Origin: a bacterium HR21
Lineage (GTDB): Bacteria > Bacteroidota > Ignavibacteria > Kapaibacteriales > HRBIN21
Length of the DNA: 64,000 nucleotides
Assembly (NCBI GenBank): GCA_002898295.1
Contig: BEHX01000008.1
Span: forward strand, 4,506 to 68,505
Direction: 5' to 3'
Shown here: piece after piece, positions 9,532 to 19,126 of the stretch
Layout of the letters: every line of letters starts with the position of its first letter
How positions within the stretch are numbered: the stretch's first letter is position 1
Notes under the pieces: model-generated
Database searches by the model: none
What the model was told of the DNA's origin: nothing
What the model saw: the letters and a program-made list of their open reading frames with translations, nothing else
Made by a program: the position numbers and the translations under genes

Positions 9532-9918
9532 GAGCACCCGAGCATGTGTGGAACATATGACCCAGACGCATTGCTGCCACTGTGTCATACCTCTCCCGGC
9601 ATGAGACATCGCGAACCGGGAAGCGCTCCTGTTGTGAGCGGCTTACGAGAAACCCCTCTTGCCTTCTAGCCGAATCACTGCCCCCACGTGCGCGCTTTTC
9701 TAGGAGCTGCTGCCGAAAGTGATGTCTTGCAAGCTTTCGCTAGTGAAATCGCTACGCGATGCCAGAAGGCATTATCCCTCGTCCGTGGTACGTAACCGGA
9801 GCCTTATGACGATTTCTGCGATTCCCTCGTGTCGGTCTCTACCATGGCTGGCGAGGATGTGCCAAAGCTCTAACTTCGCGTGGTGTTACGTAGTTCAACC
9901 GCTGGTGTACACCCTCCC

Positions 9919-10755
9919 ATGCGGTGGATGCTCGTGCTCGGCATCCTTGCCCTCGGTAGTGGATGCGACATCATCGAGCCCCCTTACCGGGAACTGTCTC
10001 CGCCGGCGGCAGATACGGCAGCCGTGACCGTTCTGTTGGAAGATTTCACCGGCTTTCGCTGTGGGAACTGTCCTGAAGCGCATGAGCGCGCGGAGGAACT
10101 CCGGCAGCTCTATGGAGACCGGCTCATTGTCATGAGTATCCATGCTGGCTTCTTCGCTCGCCCGACGGCACCACCGTATACGTACGACTTCCGCAACCCT
10201 GTTGCAGAAGAGCTCGATCGTTTCTTCGGTATCAGTCAAGCAGGCAATCCCAACGGCATGGTCAATCGTCGGGGATATCCCACTGGGCACATTCTCGGCA
10301 AAGATGCTTGGGCAGCTGCTGTTGCTACCGAGCTCCGGCGTTCCGCCCCGCTCACGCTGCAGGTAACAGCCGAGATGGATACCCCAAGCCGCACCGTCAC
10401 CATTGCTGTGCGCATTCGGTACCTGCAGCCGGGCTCTCCGGACCACTACCTGGCACTGTATGTGGTGGAAGACAGCGTCATTCAATACCAGCTCGACTAC
10501 CGTCGAACCCCACCAGACATCCCAGACTACGTCCATCGCTTCGTCCTCCGCGATGGCGTCCTGGGCACCTGGGGCGAACAGCTCGATGCCACCGGTATCC
10601 CTGCCGGCACAGAACTCCGGCGCTCCTACAGCTACCGCTTCCCCGAGGCAGCTGACTGGAAGCCGCACCATTGCTGGATTGTCGCAATCGTCCATCGCTA
10701 CGGCACGACATACGACGTACTGCAAGCTGCCTCAGCCCCCATCCATCTTCGCTAG
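9919..10755 (+). CDS. Omp28-related outer-membrane lipoprotein (thioredoxin-like CxxC)
   Basis: ALGSGC lipobox; LLEDFTGFRCGNCP, SIHAG, PNGMVNR, YVHRFVLR. Confidence 0.85.
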   Translation: MRWMLVLGILALGSGCDIIEPPYRELSPPAADTAAVTVLLEDFTGFRCGNCPEAHERAEELRQLYGDRLIVMSIHAGFFARPTAPPYTYDFRNPVAEELDRFFGISQAGNPNGMVNRRGYPTGHILGKDAWAAAVATELRRSAPLTLQVTAEMDTPSRTVTIAVRIRYLQPGSPDHYLALYVVEDSVIQYQLDYRRTPPDIPDYVHRFVLRDGVLGTWGEQLDATGIPAGTELRRSYSYRFPEAADWKPHHCWIVAIVHRYGTTYDVLQAASAPIHLR

Positions 10756-10779
10756 AGTAAGCTCGCGGAGGGAATCGCT

Positions 10780-12192
10780 ATGGACTATCCAACAGCCGTC
10801 CGGAAACAACGGGTTACGCTCATCCGTGGAGATGGAATTGGACCGGAAATCACGGCGGCAGTGGAGGAAATCTTCGACGCCGCTGCTGTACCGATCGAAT
10901 GGGAAGAGCACTTCGCAGGGCTGGAATGCCTCCACCGCTTCGGAACCCCATTGCCGGAGGAGACGCTGGAGGCAATCGTGCGCACGCGTGTAGCCCTGAA
11001 AGGACCTACGACAACCCCAATTGGGGGTGGGCACAAGAGCATCAACGTCACCATTCGCAAGGCGCTCGACCTCTTTGCAAACGTCCGTCCGGCGCGTTCG
11101 CTGCCCGGAGTCCGCACCCGCTTTGAGAATGTGGACCTTATCGTCCTGCGGGAAAACATCGAAGACACCTACGGAGGGATCGAGCACTGGCAAACCCCAG
11201 ACGTGGTGCAGCAACTGCGCATTATCACCCGCCCGGGCAGCGATGCCTTCCTGCGCTTCGCCTTTGAGCTTGCCCGCAGCCAAGGGCGCCGCCGCATCAC
11301 GTGCGTCCACAAAGCGAACATCCACAAGATGACTGACGGGCTCTTCCGCGAACGCTTCTACACCATCGCCGCGGAATACCCCGAACTCCACGCCGATGAC
11401 ATCCTCATTGACAACCTCTGCATGCAGCTGGTCGTGCGTCCGGAGGCCTTCGACGTCTTGGTCTTGCCGAATCTCTTCGGCGATATCGTCAGTGATCTCT
11501 GTGCCGGACTGGTCGGCGGGCTTGGGGTTGCCCCGGGAGGCAATATCGGGCACGGGCGCGCGGTCTTCGAGGCTGTCCACGGTTCAGCCCCCGACATCGC
11601 TGGGAAAGGCATCGCGAATCCAACGGCGCTGCTCCTGTCTGCCGTGCAGATGCTGCACTTTCTCAGCCTCCACCGGCATGCCCAGCGCATTGAGGAAGCC
11701 CTCCGCCTGACCCTTGCCGCAGGCATTCGCACCCGGGACCTCGGCGGCAATGCCTCCACCCGAGAGTTTACCCGGGCAATCATCAGCAACCTGCGCCCTC
11801 TGGATTTTGCAGAAGAGCCAACCCTGCCACCAGCTCCAGAGCCAGCGCCACAGCCAGTCTCCTCTACCCCCGATGCCCCATGGCAGCTCCGCGGGATGGA
11901 CCTCTTCGTGCGCTCCCCCGAAGGACTCCCGCAGCTGCCGGAGAAGCTGGGGAAACTCCAGCTGGTGATGATTTCAAACCGTGGCACAAAAGTTTACCCC
12001 GGCATCACTCCCCCGATTCTGCTGGTAGACTGGTACCGCTGCCGCTACCTGGCGGAGGAAGCCCTGACCCACGCCGAACTGGCTGCTGCCCTCGCTGAGC
12101 TGACTGCCGCCGGCGTCGAATGGATGCACGTAGAAAAGCTCCACCACGTCAACGGCACTGCACTCTACAGCAAAGCCCAAGGCGAAGAGTAA
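10780..12192 (+). CDS. icd: Isocitrate dehydrogenase with C-terminal extension
   Basis: GDGIGPEI, LKGPTTTP, SINVTIRK, RENIEDTY, HKANI, NLFGDIVSD, EAVHGSAPDIAG; C-terminal ISNRGTKVYP...SKAQG domain. Confidence 0.88.
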   Translation: MDYPTAVRKQRVTLIRGDGIGPEITAAVEEIFDAAAVPIEWEEHFAGLECLHRFGTPLPEETLEAIVRTRVALKGPTTTPIGGGHKSINVTIRKALDLFANVRPARSLPGVRTRFENVDLIVLRENIEDTYGGIEHWQTPDVVQQLRIITRPGSDAFLRFAFELARSQGRRRITCVHKANIHKMTDGLFRERFYTIAAEYPELHADDILIDNLCMQLVVRPEAFDVLVLPNLFGDIVSDLCAGLVGGLGVAPGGNIGHGRAVFEAVHGSAPDIAGKGIANPTALLLSAVQMLHFLSLHRHAQRIEEALRLTLAAGIRTRDLGGNASTREFTRAIISNLRPLDFAEEPTLPPAPEPAPQPVSSTPDAPWQLRGMDLFVRSPEGLPQLPEKLGKLQLVMISNRGTKVYPGITPPILLVDWYRCRYLAEEALTHAELAAALAELTAAGVEWMHVEKLHHVNGTALYSKAQGEE

Positions 12193-12219
12193 CTGTCCCA
12201 CAACCTCCGACAACGCCCG

Positions 12220-13254
12220 ATGTCCTTCGAGCTGCTCAAACGCTTGTGCGCAACCCCGGGTGTCCCCGGACGCGAAGACACCTTCCGCGAACTCCTCATT
12301 GCCGAGCTACAGGGTGTTGCCGAAGAGCTCCGCACCGACGCCATGGGAAACCTCATTGCCGTACGCCGGGGGAAGGGACAGCGCCCACGCAAAATCATGC
12401 TCGCTGCCCACATGGATGAGATTGCCTTCGTTGTCCGCTCCATCCACAAAGATGGCTTCATCTACTTCCATCCCTTGGGAGGATTCGACCCCCGGACACT
12501 GGTTGCCCAACGCGTCAAAGTCTACGGAAAGCGCGTCCTCGATGGCGTCATCGGGATCAAAGCCACCCATCTGACGACACCGGAGGAGCGCTCGAAGGTC
12601 ATCCCGCTGGAAGAGCTCTTCATTGACGTGGGCTTACCCGCCGAGGAAGTCAAAGAACTGGTCAGTATCGGCGACCCCATCACGCTGGAGCGAGAACTCA
12701 TCGAGATGGGCAACCTCTATACGGGCAAGACCCTCGATGACCGCGTTGGGGTCTACGTCATGCTTGAAGCTTTCCGGAGCTTCTCTGAAAGTGCCGACGA
12801 TGTCTACGCTGTGGCCACCGTCCAGGAAGAAGTTGGTGTCCGCGGGGCACAGGTAGCGTCCTTCGGATTAGAGCCCGAGATCGGTATCGCCATTGACGTC
12901 ACTATCGCGGCTGACACGCCCGGGATGGACGAACACCAGCAGTGCACGCGACTGGGCAAGGGAGTTGCCATCAAGATTCTGGACTCCTACTCCATCTCAC
13001 ATCCCGGGCTGGTACGCTTCCTCCGCGAGATTGCCGAGCAGGAGGGTATCCCGTACCAGCTCGAAGTCCTTCCCCGAGGTGGGACAGATGCGGCAGCCAT
13101 GCAACGGAGCCGAGCCGGGATTCCGGTCTGCACTCTCTCTATCCCGAACCGCTACACGCACTCGGTTGTGGAGTGTGTGCACAAAGAAGACGTTGCCGCT
13201 GCCATCACGCTTCTGCGCCGGTTCCTGGAGCGCTCGGCGGAATTCCAATGGTAG
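12220..13254 (+). CDS. M42-family metallo-aminopeptidase
   Basis: LAAHMDEI, LDDRVG, TVQEEVG, IAIDV, GGTDA, RYTHS. Confidence 0.92.
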   Translation: MSFELLKRLCATPGVPGREDTFRELLIAELQGVAEELRTDAMGNLIAVRRGKGQRPRKIMLAAHMDEIAFVVRSIHKDGFIYFHPLGGFDPRTLVAQRVKVYGKRVLDGVIGIKATHLTTPEERSKVIPLEELFIDVGLPAEEVKELVSIGDPITLERELIEMGNLYTGKTLDDRVGVYVMLEAFRSFSESADDVYAVATVQEEVGVRGAQVASFGLEPEIGIAIDVTIAADTPGMDEHQQCTRLGKGVAIKILDSYSISHPGLVRFLREIAEQEGIPYQLEVLPRGGTDAAAMQRSRAGIPVCTLSIPNRYTHSVVECVHKEDVAAAITLLRRFLERSAEFQW

Positions 13255-13257
13255 AGC

Positions 13258-16200
13258 ATGCCCGATTCTATGACGGTGCACCGGCATCGGTGGTGGATCC
13301 GGCTCCTGGGAGGGCTCGTCGGAACGCTCTTCCTGGGAGGACTCCTCCTGAGTGTCGCGCTGCAGCTGCCGGCGGTTCGTGCCTGGCTGCTGGAACAGCT
13401 CCTTGTCTTCCTCAATCGCCGACTTGAAGGCACCGTCTCCATTGGAGACCTGCGCCTGCGGGGTCTGTCCGGGCTTGAATTCTCCAACGTTGTCGTACGG
13501 GACGCCGCTGGGGATACCCTCCTTGCCGTCCCGTCTCTCCGTGTCGCGTACGAACCCCTGGGGCTGACCCGACGCCGGATCAGTCTGCCGACGGTCTTCC
13601 TTGAAAGCCCTTCTGTGGTGCTCGTCCGCGGGCGGGACGGGCTGTGGAACTTCGAACGCCTCCTGCCTCGGGATACCACCCCGACAGAGCCACTGGAGAT
13701 CAGCATCTGGCTCCGAGGATTCCGAGTCCAGAACGCCCGGGTCCTCCTCATCGACTCACTGGCCCCAGCGGGTCCGGGGCTCCGCGGGCAAACCCGCTGG
13801 TCCTTCCAGCAAGGAGAGCTCCTCGGCAGCGCTCTCGTGCTCCCGCATCAGCAGCGTGTGTTCCTGAGCCTACGCTCCCTCCGCTTCCGGGAAGCGTTCT
13901 CCGGGCTGGAGCTGGAACACCTTCACGGGCACATCACCCTCTCGCCCACGCTCCTCCGGGTTGAGGGGCTGCGGCTCCGCTTCCCAGGACTCGGGCTGCA
14001 GACCACGGCCACACTCCGACTGCTCGATACAATCCCCTCCAAGCTCCATCTGGAACTGTTCGGTCAACGCGGGCAGGGAGACGGGAGCCTCCTTGTCGAC
14101 TCCCTCGTCCTGCTTCGGCTTCGACAGTGGTTCCCCGAACTCCCTCCGGTAGCAGAACAGGTTCAGGCACAGGTGCATCTCGCAGGCACTCTCCAGAGGC
14201 TCCGTTTCGACCTCTTTACGGCACGCCTGGGAACGGCACAGCTCAGCGCCTCCGGCGTGGTATCGCACCTCAATGAGCCGCGGCAGCGACACTTCGAAGG
14301 GATGATCACCGCGGGCTTTATCCCTACGGAGCTGCTTGCCCGCCTTGTTCCAGGGTTTCCCCCGGAAGGGCGCCGGCTGCGCTTCCTCCGCCTGCGCCGG
14401 TTTTCCCTCCGCCTGACCTCCGACTCCGCGGCAGCGCACGGGAAGGTCTCGACTGCGCTCGGAGACATGGAGCTGCGATTGAGCCTCCAGCGGTGGGCAT
14501 CCCAGCAGCCGAGCTATAGTCTCTGGCTCCGTACCTCGGGGCTTGCCTTCGGGAGCGTCGTGCCACTTCCGGTGCAACCACTGGTCCTTGCCGGGACACT
14601 GGAAGCCCAAGGGGTTGGGAGCGAACTCCCACGGGCACGCCTCCAGCTGCGGCTCCGGGCATCCCAGGGCACTGTCGGACCATTCCCGCTGCACAATGCC
14701 CAGCTCACTCTCCGGCTCGCCGGAGGGTTCCTGCAGCTCGATACTGCAGCCTGCTGGCTCCTGCTCCCCGCCGATACCGCCGCTGCCCAGCTGACAGGAT
14801 GGGTCAATATGCAACCAGCGTCCTCTCCATCGTACCGTCTGGCGCTTTCTCTGAGACGTTTCCCCGTTGCAGCGCTGCTGGGCGATACCACACTTCCCTC
14901 CGCGTTGACAGCAACGGTTCAGCTCTCCGGTCAAGGGGTCCATCTCGACAGCCTCAGCGGCTTCCTCCGGGCTCGCGTAGAGGCACTCGAATACCCCACC
15001 TGGGCGCTATTTCCCTTCGAGGTAGCGCTCCAGCTCAGTCAGCCCTCTGCTACCACCCGCTTCTTGCAGGTCACTGGGGATTACTTCACTGCACAGCTTT
15101 CGGGAACGTGGCGGCTAAGCACGCTTCCTGCTCTGCTGCGTTCTCTGGCAGCCTCCGGGACAGAGTGGGTTGCCCAGCGTACCCGCTTCCTGCCCCGTCG
15201 TCCGACCGTTTTGCCGGTTTCTCCACTTCCTGAGAGCGCTGAGCTCCGCTTCCGCATCGAACTCCGTGATCTAGCGTGGCTGGAGCGCTGGACAGAGCCC
15301 CTGGCTCTGCAAGGCTCGCTCAGCCTCGATGGGCAGCTGTCTGTTGCTCCGGATACGGCATTTATCCAGCTAGACCGTCTGGCACTCCGACAGCTCACGT
15401 TGCGCCAGGACTCCTTCCGGTTATACTTGGAGCATTTCCACGGCAGCGACCTCTCTGCTGGCTTCCGCGTGCGGGCGACAGTGCCAGAGCTGCAGAGCGT
15501 GCATGGTCGGCTTACTCTCCTCTCGCTACGCTGGATGGAGAGTTCTCTGGACAGCCTCCGCCTCGATGCGGATATCAGTGGCACCAGAGGCATGCTCACC
15601 TTCCGCGGAAGCCTGCCTGAAGTGCTCGGACTTGCCGCTACTTGTGAGATCACCGACCAGGGGACTGCCTACCAGATGCGACTTCCGGAGCTCCGGCTGA
15701 GCCACTATCCGACGGGCTTCATCTGGGAAAATGCCGCTCCCGTGGTCGTGCATCTGACCGCCGACGGGATCTCCATTGACTCCCTTGCTCTCCAGCGCTG
15801 GGGCAGCGAACGCATCCTCGTGCGTGGGACGCTCGGATGGGACTCCCTGCCTGGACTCCGGCTCACCGTGCGGGGAGCTCCGCTTGCAGACCTCCTCCGG
15901 CTTGTGCCCTTGCAGTCCCGCTCTGTTTCCCTCGCGCTGCTGACAGGGCGCCTTGACTCTTTGCAGTTGACCCTGACCGGGGCGCTCCGCATGCCGTCGG
16001 TAGAGCTCCAGCTCCAGCTCAGCGCTCTGCGGTATGATACCACCAGCCTGGGTACTTTCCAACTCGCTGCCCTCCTCCATGACAGTGTGCTCACAGGCAC
16101 CGGAGTGCTACAGGACGGACCGCGTCAGCTCCGGCTCCGTGTCAGCTCCTGCCCGAGCCGACCGGAATTGTTCTCCCGCATCCCTCTCCATGCTCGCGTA

Positions 16201-17724
16201 GAAGCCACGGACATCAGCGCAGCGCTCCTCTCGCCCTTCCTCCTGGAGCTCCGCAACCTCCAGGGGTCGGTCACCATTGCCGCAACGCTATGGGGACATT
16301 TGCCCGACGAGCTCCAGGCAGAGGGAACTCTTACGGCTTCGGGACTCCGTTTCCAGCTGGTCCGTACGGGTGTGACGTACCAGGGAGCCTGTACTCTCCG
16401 GCTGCGGGGGCAGGCAGTGGTGGTAGAGGACTGCACGCTCCGCAACCTCCCTGAGGACTTGCCCGAGGGGAAGCTGCAGATACGGGGCACCATTGGGCTT
16501 CGGGAACTCCGCCCCTGGAGCTTTGATCTGCGTTTTTCCTCGCCCCAGGTTCTCGTCTTGAGCAGCGCCTCTGCCCGGGCAAGCCTCCCTGCTTACGGAG
16601 TGCTGATTCTCTCCACGGGACAGCCTCCACTGCAGTTGGTCGGCACCTGGGAGCACCCTCGTCTGATTGGGACACTCCTGATTCGCCGGGCGCGTTTGAT
16701 TTTTCCCGCCGAAGCCCTCACCGCTTCGAGTACCGCCCCGTCGCTCCTGGCTGACTACTACTGGCACGCCGCGCCGTCCACAACCCCGCAAGCTCCCCAG
16801 CAGGAGCTCGCGCCGACAGCCCTCCGTGCCGAGCCCCACTTCGCTGAGCGGCTCTTCTACGATCTTCGCATCTACCTTCTGGACCCCCTCTCCATCACCA
16901 TGGACCTTGCCCCAACGCAACAGCTCGTTGCTGACCTGGAACCAGAAAACCCGAGCATCCCGCTGGCATACGTGACCGGTCCAGAGGGGAAACCGCAGTT
17001 GCTCGGACGTCTGCGCCTGCTGCCAGGCTCGGTGTATAAGTTCTACCGCAACTTCGCCGCCAGCGGCACCATTAGCTTCACCACCGGCGAGATCGATAAT
17101 CCGGAGCTGGACATCGAAGTCCGGTACCGGGGCACCCGCGTCTTCGCGAATCAACGGCAGAGCTACGAAATTCGCTTCACTGTCCGGGGTACCCGCCGCA
17201 ATCCCTCGATCGGCAACTGGAGCTACACCATTGCCGGCACAGAAGGTACCGGCGACGAGAACCAACTCTTCAACGACGTGATCTGGCTCTTACTCGTCGG
17301 GCAAACACAGCAGGAGCTGGAAGGCTCGCTGAGCACCAACGGGGCATCGTTCGGGCGGGAGATTCCGCTGGCGAATCTCTCCACACTGGCTTCAAAAGCC
17401 GCAACAGAGCTCTTCCGGGGACTGGGGATTGTGCAAGACGTCCAGATTGACCCGACCACCGGCACCCTCGATCTCGAGCAGATGCGGGCACGCATTACCG
17501 GGCAGCTCGGCGGCATTACGCTCCGCTGGGGCGGGACACTGGGCAATCCGCTGCAGCTGGCAGAATTCACCGTTGACATCCCCTTGAGCGAACTTCTCCG
17601 GGGCGATACGGGATTCCTGCGACAAGTCCTGCTGCAGTTGAGCACAACCACCGGGAGCACGAGCGTGACACTGCCTTCCTCCACCCAGCGCCTCTGGGAA
17701 GTCCGGCTCAGCATCCGCCTGTAA
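13258..17724 (+). CDS. tamB: TamB/AsmA-like translocation and assembly module protein
   Basis: N-terminal TM anchor, long amphipathic beta-taco repeats, C-terminal DUF490-like GTISF...NPELDI. Confidence 0.7.
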   Translation: MPDSMTVHRHRWWIRLLGGLVGTLFLGGLLLSVALQLPAVRAWLLEQLLVFLNRRLEGTVSIGDLRLRGLSGLEFSNVVVRDAAGDTLLAVPSLRVAYEPLGLTRRRISLPTVFLESPSVVLVRGRDGLWNFERLLPRDTTPTEPLEISIWLRGFRVQNARVLLIDSLAPAGPGLRGQTRWSFQQGELLGSALVLPHQQRVFLSLRSLRFREAFSGLELEHLHGHITLSPTLLRVEGLRLRFPGLGLQTTATLRLLDTIPSKLHLELFGQRGQGDGSLLVDSLVLLRLRQWFPELPPVAEQVQAQVHLAGTLQRLRFDLFTARLGTAQLSASGVVSHLNEPRQRHFEGMITAGFIPTELLARLVPGFPPEGRRLRFLRLRRFSLRLTSDSAAAHGKVSTALGDMELRLSLQRWASQQPSYSLWLRTSGLAFGSVVPLPVQPLVLAGTLEAQGVGSELPRARLQLRLRASQGTVGPFPLHNAQLTLRLAGGFLQLDTAACWLLLPADTAAAQLTGWVNMQPASSPSYRLALSLRRFPVAALLGDTTLPSALTATVQLSGQGVHLDSLSGFLRARVEALEYPTWALFPFEVALQLSQPSATTRFLQVTGDYFTAQLSGTWRLSTLPALLRSLAASGTEWVAQRTRFLPRRPTVLPVSPLPESAELRFRIELRDLAWLERWTEPLALQGSLSLDGQLSVAPDTAFIQLDRLALRQLTLRQDSFRLYLEHFHGSDLSAGFRVRATVPELQSVHGRLTLLSLRWMESSLDSLRLDADISGTRGMLTFRGSLPEVLGLAATCEITDQGTAYQMRLPELRLSHYPTGFIWENAAPVVVHLTADGISIDSLALQRWGSERILVRGTLGWDSLPGLRLTVRGAPLADLLRLVPLQSRSVSLALLTGRLDSLQLTLTGALRMPSVELQLQLSALRYDTTSLGTFQLAALLHDSVLTGTGVLQDGPRQLRLRVSSCPSRPELFSRIPLHARVEATDISAALLSPFLLELRNLQGSVTIAATLWGHLPDELQAEGTLTASGLRFQLVRTGVTYQGACTLRLRGQAVVVEDCTLRNLPEDLPEGKLQIRGTIGLRELRPWSFDLRFSSPQVLVLSSASARASLPAYGVLILSTGQPPLQLVGTWEHPRLIGTLLIRRARLIFPAEALTASSTAPSLLADYYWHAAPSTTPQAPQQELAPTALRAEPHFAERLFYDLRIYLLDPLSITMDLAPTQQLVADLEPENPSIPLAYVTGPEGKPQLLGRLRLLPGSVYKFYRNFAASGTISFTTGEIDNPELDIEVRYRGTRVFANQRQSYEIRFTVRGTRRNPSIGNWSYTIAGTEGTGDENQLFNDVIWLLLVGQTQQELEGSLSTNGASFGREIPLANLSTLASKAATELFRGLGIVQDVQIDPTTGTLDLEQMRARITGQLGGITLRWGGTLGNPLQLAEFTVDIPLSELLRGDTGFLRQVLLQLSTTTGSTSVTLPSSTQRLWEVRLSIRL

Positions 17725-18107
17725 TGCGGTTCCGGGTTGCGCTCCTTTTCTGCTGCTTTGGAGGACTGGCTCTGCTGGGCTGCTCGACAGCCTCGCACCT
17801 TTCCCGAACTGGGACACAGCGTTTCCGCGGACTGGCTTCGTACTACGGCAGCGAATTCGCCGGGCGTCTCACTGCCAGCGGTGAACCCTACGATCCGCGA
17901 GCCTTCACCGCTGCCCACCGCGATTTGCCTTTCGGAACGCGCCTGCGAGTGCGCAATCTCCGCAACGGACGGAGCGTCATCGTCCGCATCAACGATCGAG
18001 GACCTTGGCATCCGGAGCGGATTCTAGACCTCTCCGAAGCCGCTGCCACCGCACTGGACATGCTCCGCGACGGGGTAGTTGAAGTCGAGTGTGAGATCCT
18101 CCCGTGA
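17724..18107 (+). CDS. rlpA: Septal lytic transglycosylase RlpA-family lipoprotein (DPBB only)
   Basis: LLGC lipobox; GLASYYG, TASGE, TAAHRDLPFGT, VRINDRGP. Confidence 0.92.
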   Translation: MRFRVALLFCCFGGLALLGCSTASHLSRTGTQRFRGLASYYGSEFAGRLTASGEPYDPRAFTAAHRDLPFGTRLRVRNLRNGRSVIVRINDRGPWHPERILDLSEAAATALDMLRDGVVEVECEILP

Positions 18108-18165
18108 ATGTTCCTGCCGGACAGCACTTCTCCACCTCGCTCTCCTCCCCAGGCGAACGGAGTAG

Positions 18166-18249
18166 CGGAGGGTGAGGGACTCGAACCCTCATGGGCTCAT
18201 CGCCCGGCGGTTTTCAAGACCGCTGCCCTACCAGTTAGGCGAACCCTCC
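18166..18249 (-). tRNA. tRNA-Ser(TGA)
   Basis: GGAGGGT/ACCCTCC acceptor stem, anticodon arm GCGGT-CTTGAAA-ACCGC, long variable arm, GGTTCGAGTCC T-loop; CCA not encoded. Confidence 0.95.
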
Positions 18250-18284
18250 GCACCGACCACCACTACGGCAGCATAGGAGACGCT

Positions 18285-19067
18285 TCACTGCACCCGATAG
18301 TTGACCAGCACGCTCTGCTCTCCCCCAAACTTCTCCTGCCAAGGGGGCAGCGGTGGTGGCAGCTGGGCTGTCAGTGCCGAAGGCTCTTGCCGAGAACGGA
18401 CCTGACCAATATTCCCGGCAAACCAGCTCCGCACCGTCTGGGTCAGCTGCACTGGAATACCGGCTGACTGCCCCTCGGGGACGAACGTGCCTTGGATCTG
18501 CAGTGTATGGACAAATTCCTGCGCCTGCACAGTCTGATTCTTCTCTGCGATGGTCACTGAGGTCGTCCCTCCACGAGAACCCCGAATCGTCAGCTGCATC
18601 ATGAGAGTCCCTCTCATGCCACGGAGCTCAACACCTTCGAGGGTATCTGACACACTCGCTGTGGTCCACTGCGCCTGAGTTGCATCAATCCAGAGCACCC
18701 AGCCAGTGAGGAGGTCAAACGGGGATTCCACTTCCTGTGGGGCATGGAAGTACAGGTAGAGCTTCCCTCCGCTGGCACTCAGGACGGTCGTGTCAGTGGT
18801 CCCGTTTTGGTGGTGCGTCACGGCAACGAACCCCGTTCTGCCCTCCAGCTGGGTCTGAGCGACGATGACCATCGAGTCACGGCTCTCTGTTCCGGCAACC
18901 ACATTGCCATTAGTATCGAGCTGCACTGTTGTAGAAACCCACCAGTTACCCACCGCGAGCGGGAAGTAGTTCGGTGCTGTTCCGGGACCCGTCGAGCTTT
19001 CTTCCTTCGCACACCCCCAAAGCAGCACGAGGAGGAGAAGTGAACCGAGTTTCCTCACCGAACGCAT
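18285..19067 (-). CDS. Hypothetical beta-rich lipoprotein
   Basis: LLWGC lipobox; YFPLAVGNWW near N-terminus and WFAGNIGQVR near C-terminus; strong SD TAAGGAGGT. Confidence 0.8.
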   Translation of the reverse strand: MRSVRKLGSLLLLVLLWGCAKEESSTGPGTAPNYFPLAVGNWWVSTTVQLDTNGNVVAGTESRDSMVIVAQTQLEGRTGFVAVTHHQNGTTDTTVLSASGGKLYLYFHAPQEVESPFDLLTGWVLWIDATQAQWTTASVSDTLEGVELRGMRGTLMMQLTIRGSRGGTTSVTIAEKNQTVQAQEFVHTLQIQGTFVPEGQSAGIPVQLTQTVRSWFAGNIGQVRSRQEPSALTAQLPPPLPPWQEKFGGEQSVLVNYRVQ

Positions 19068-19126
19068 GGCACAGACCTCCTTACTGCTTATAACACATAC
19101 CACGCAGCACCAGCAGTGCTGTACGC

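Noticed and set aside
9852-9866. Sigma-54 promoter TGGCAC...CGC on minus strand
   Set aside because: GG-to-GC spacing is 9 rather than 10 nt and TTGC is absent
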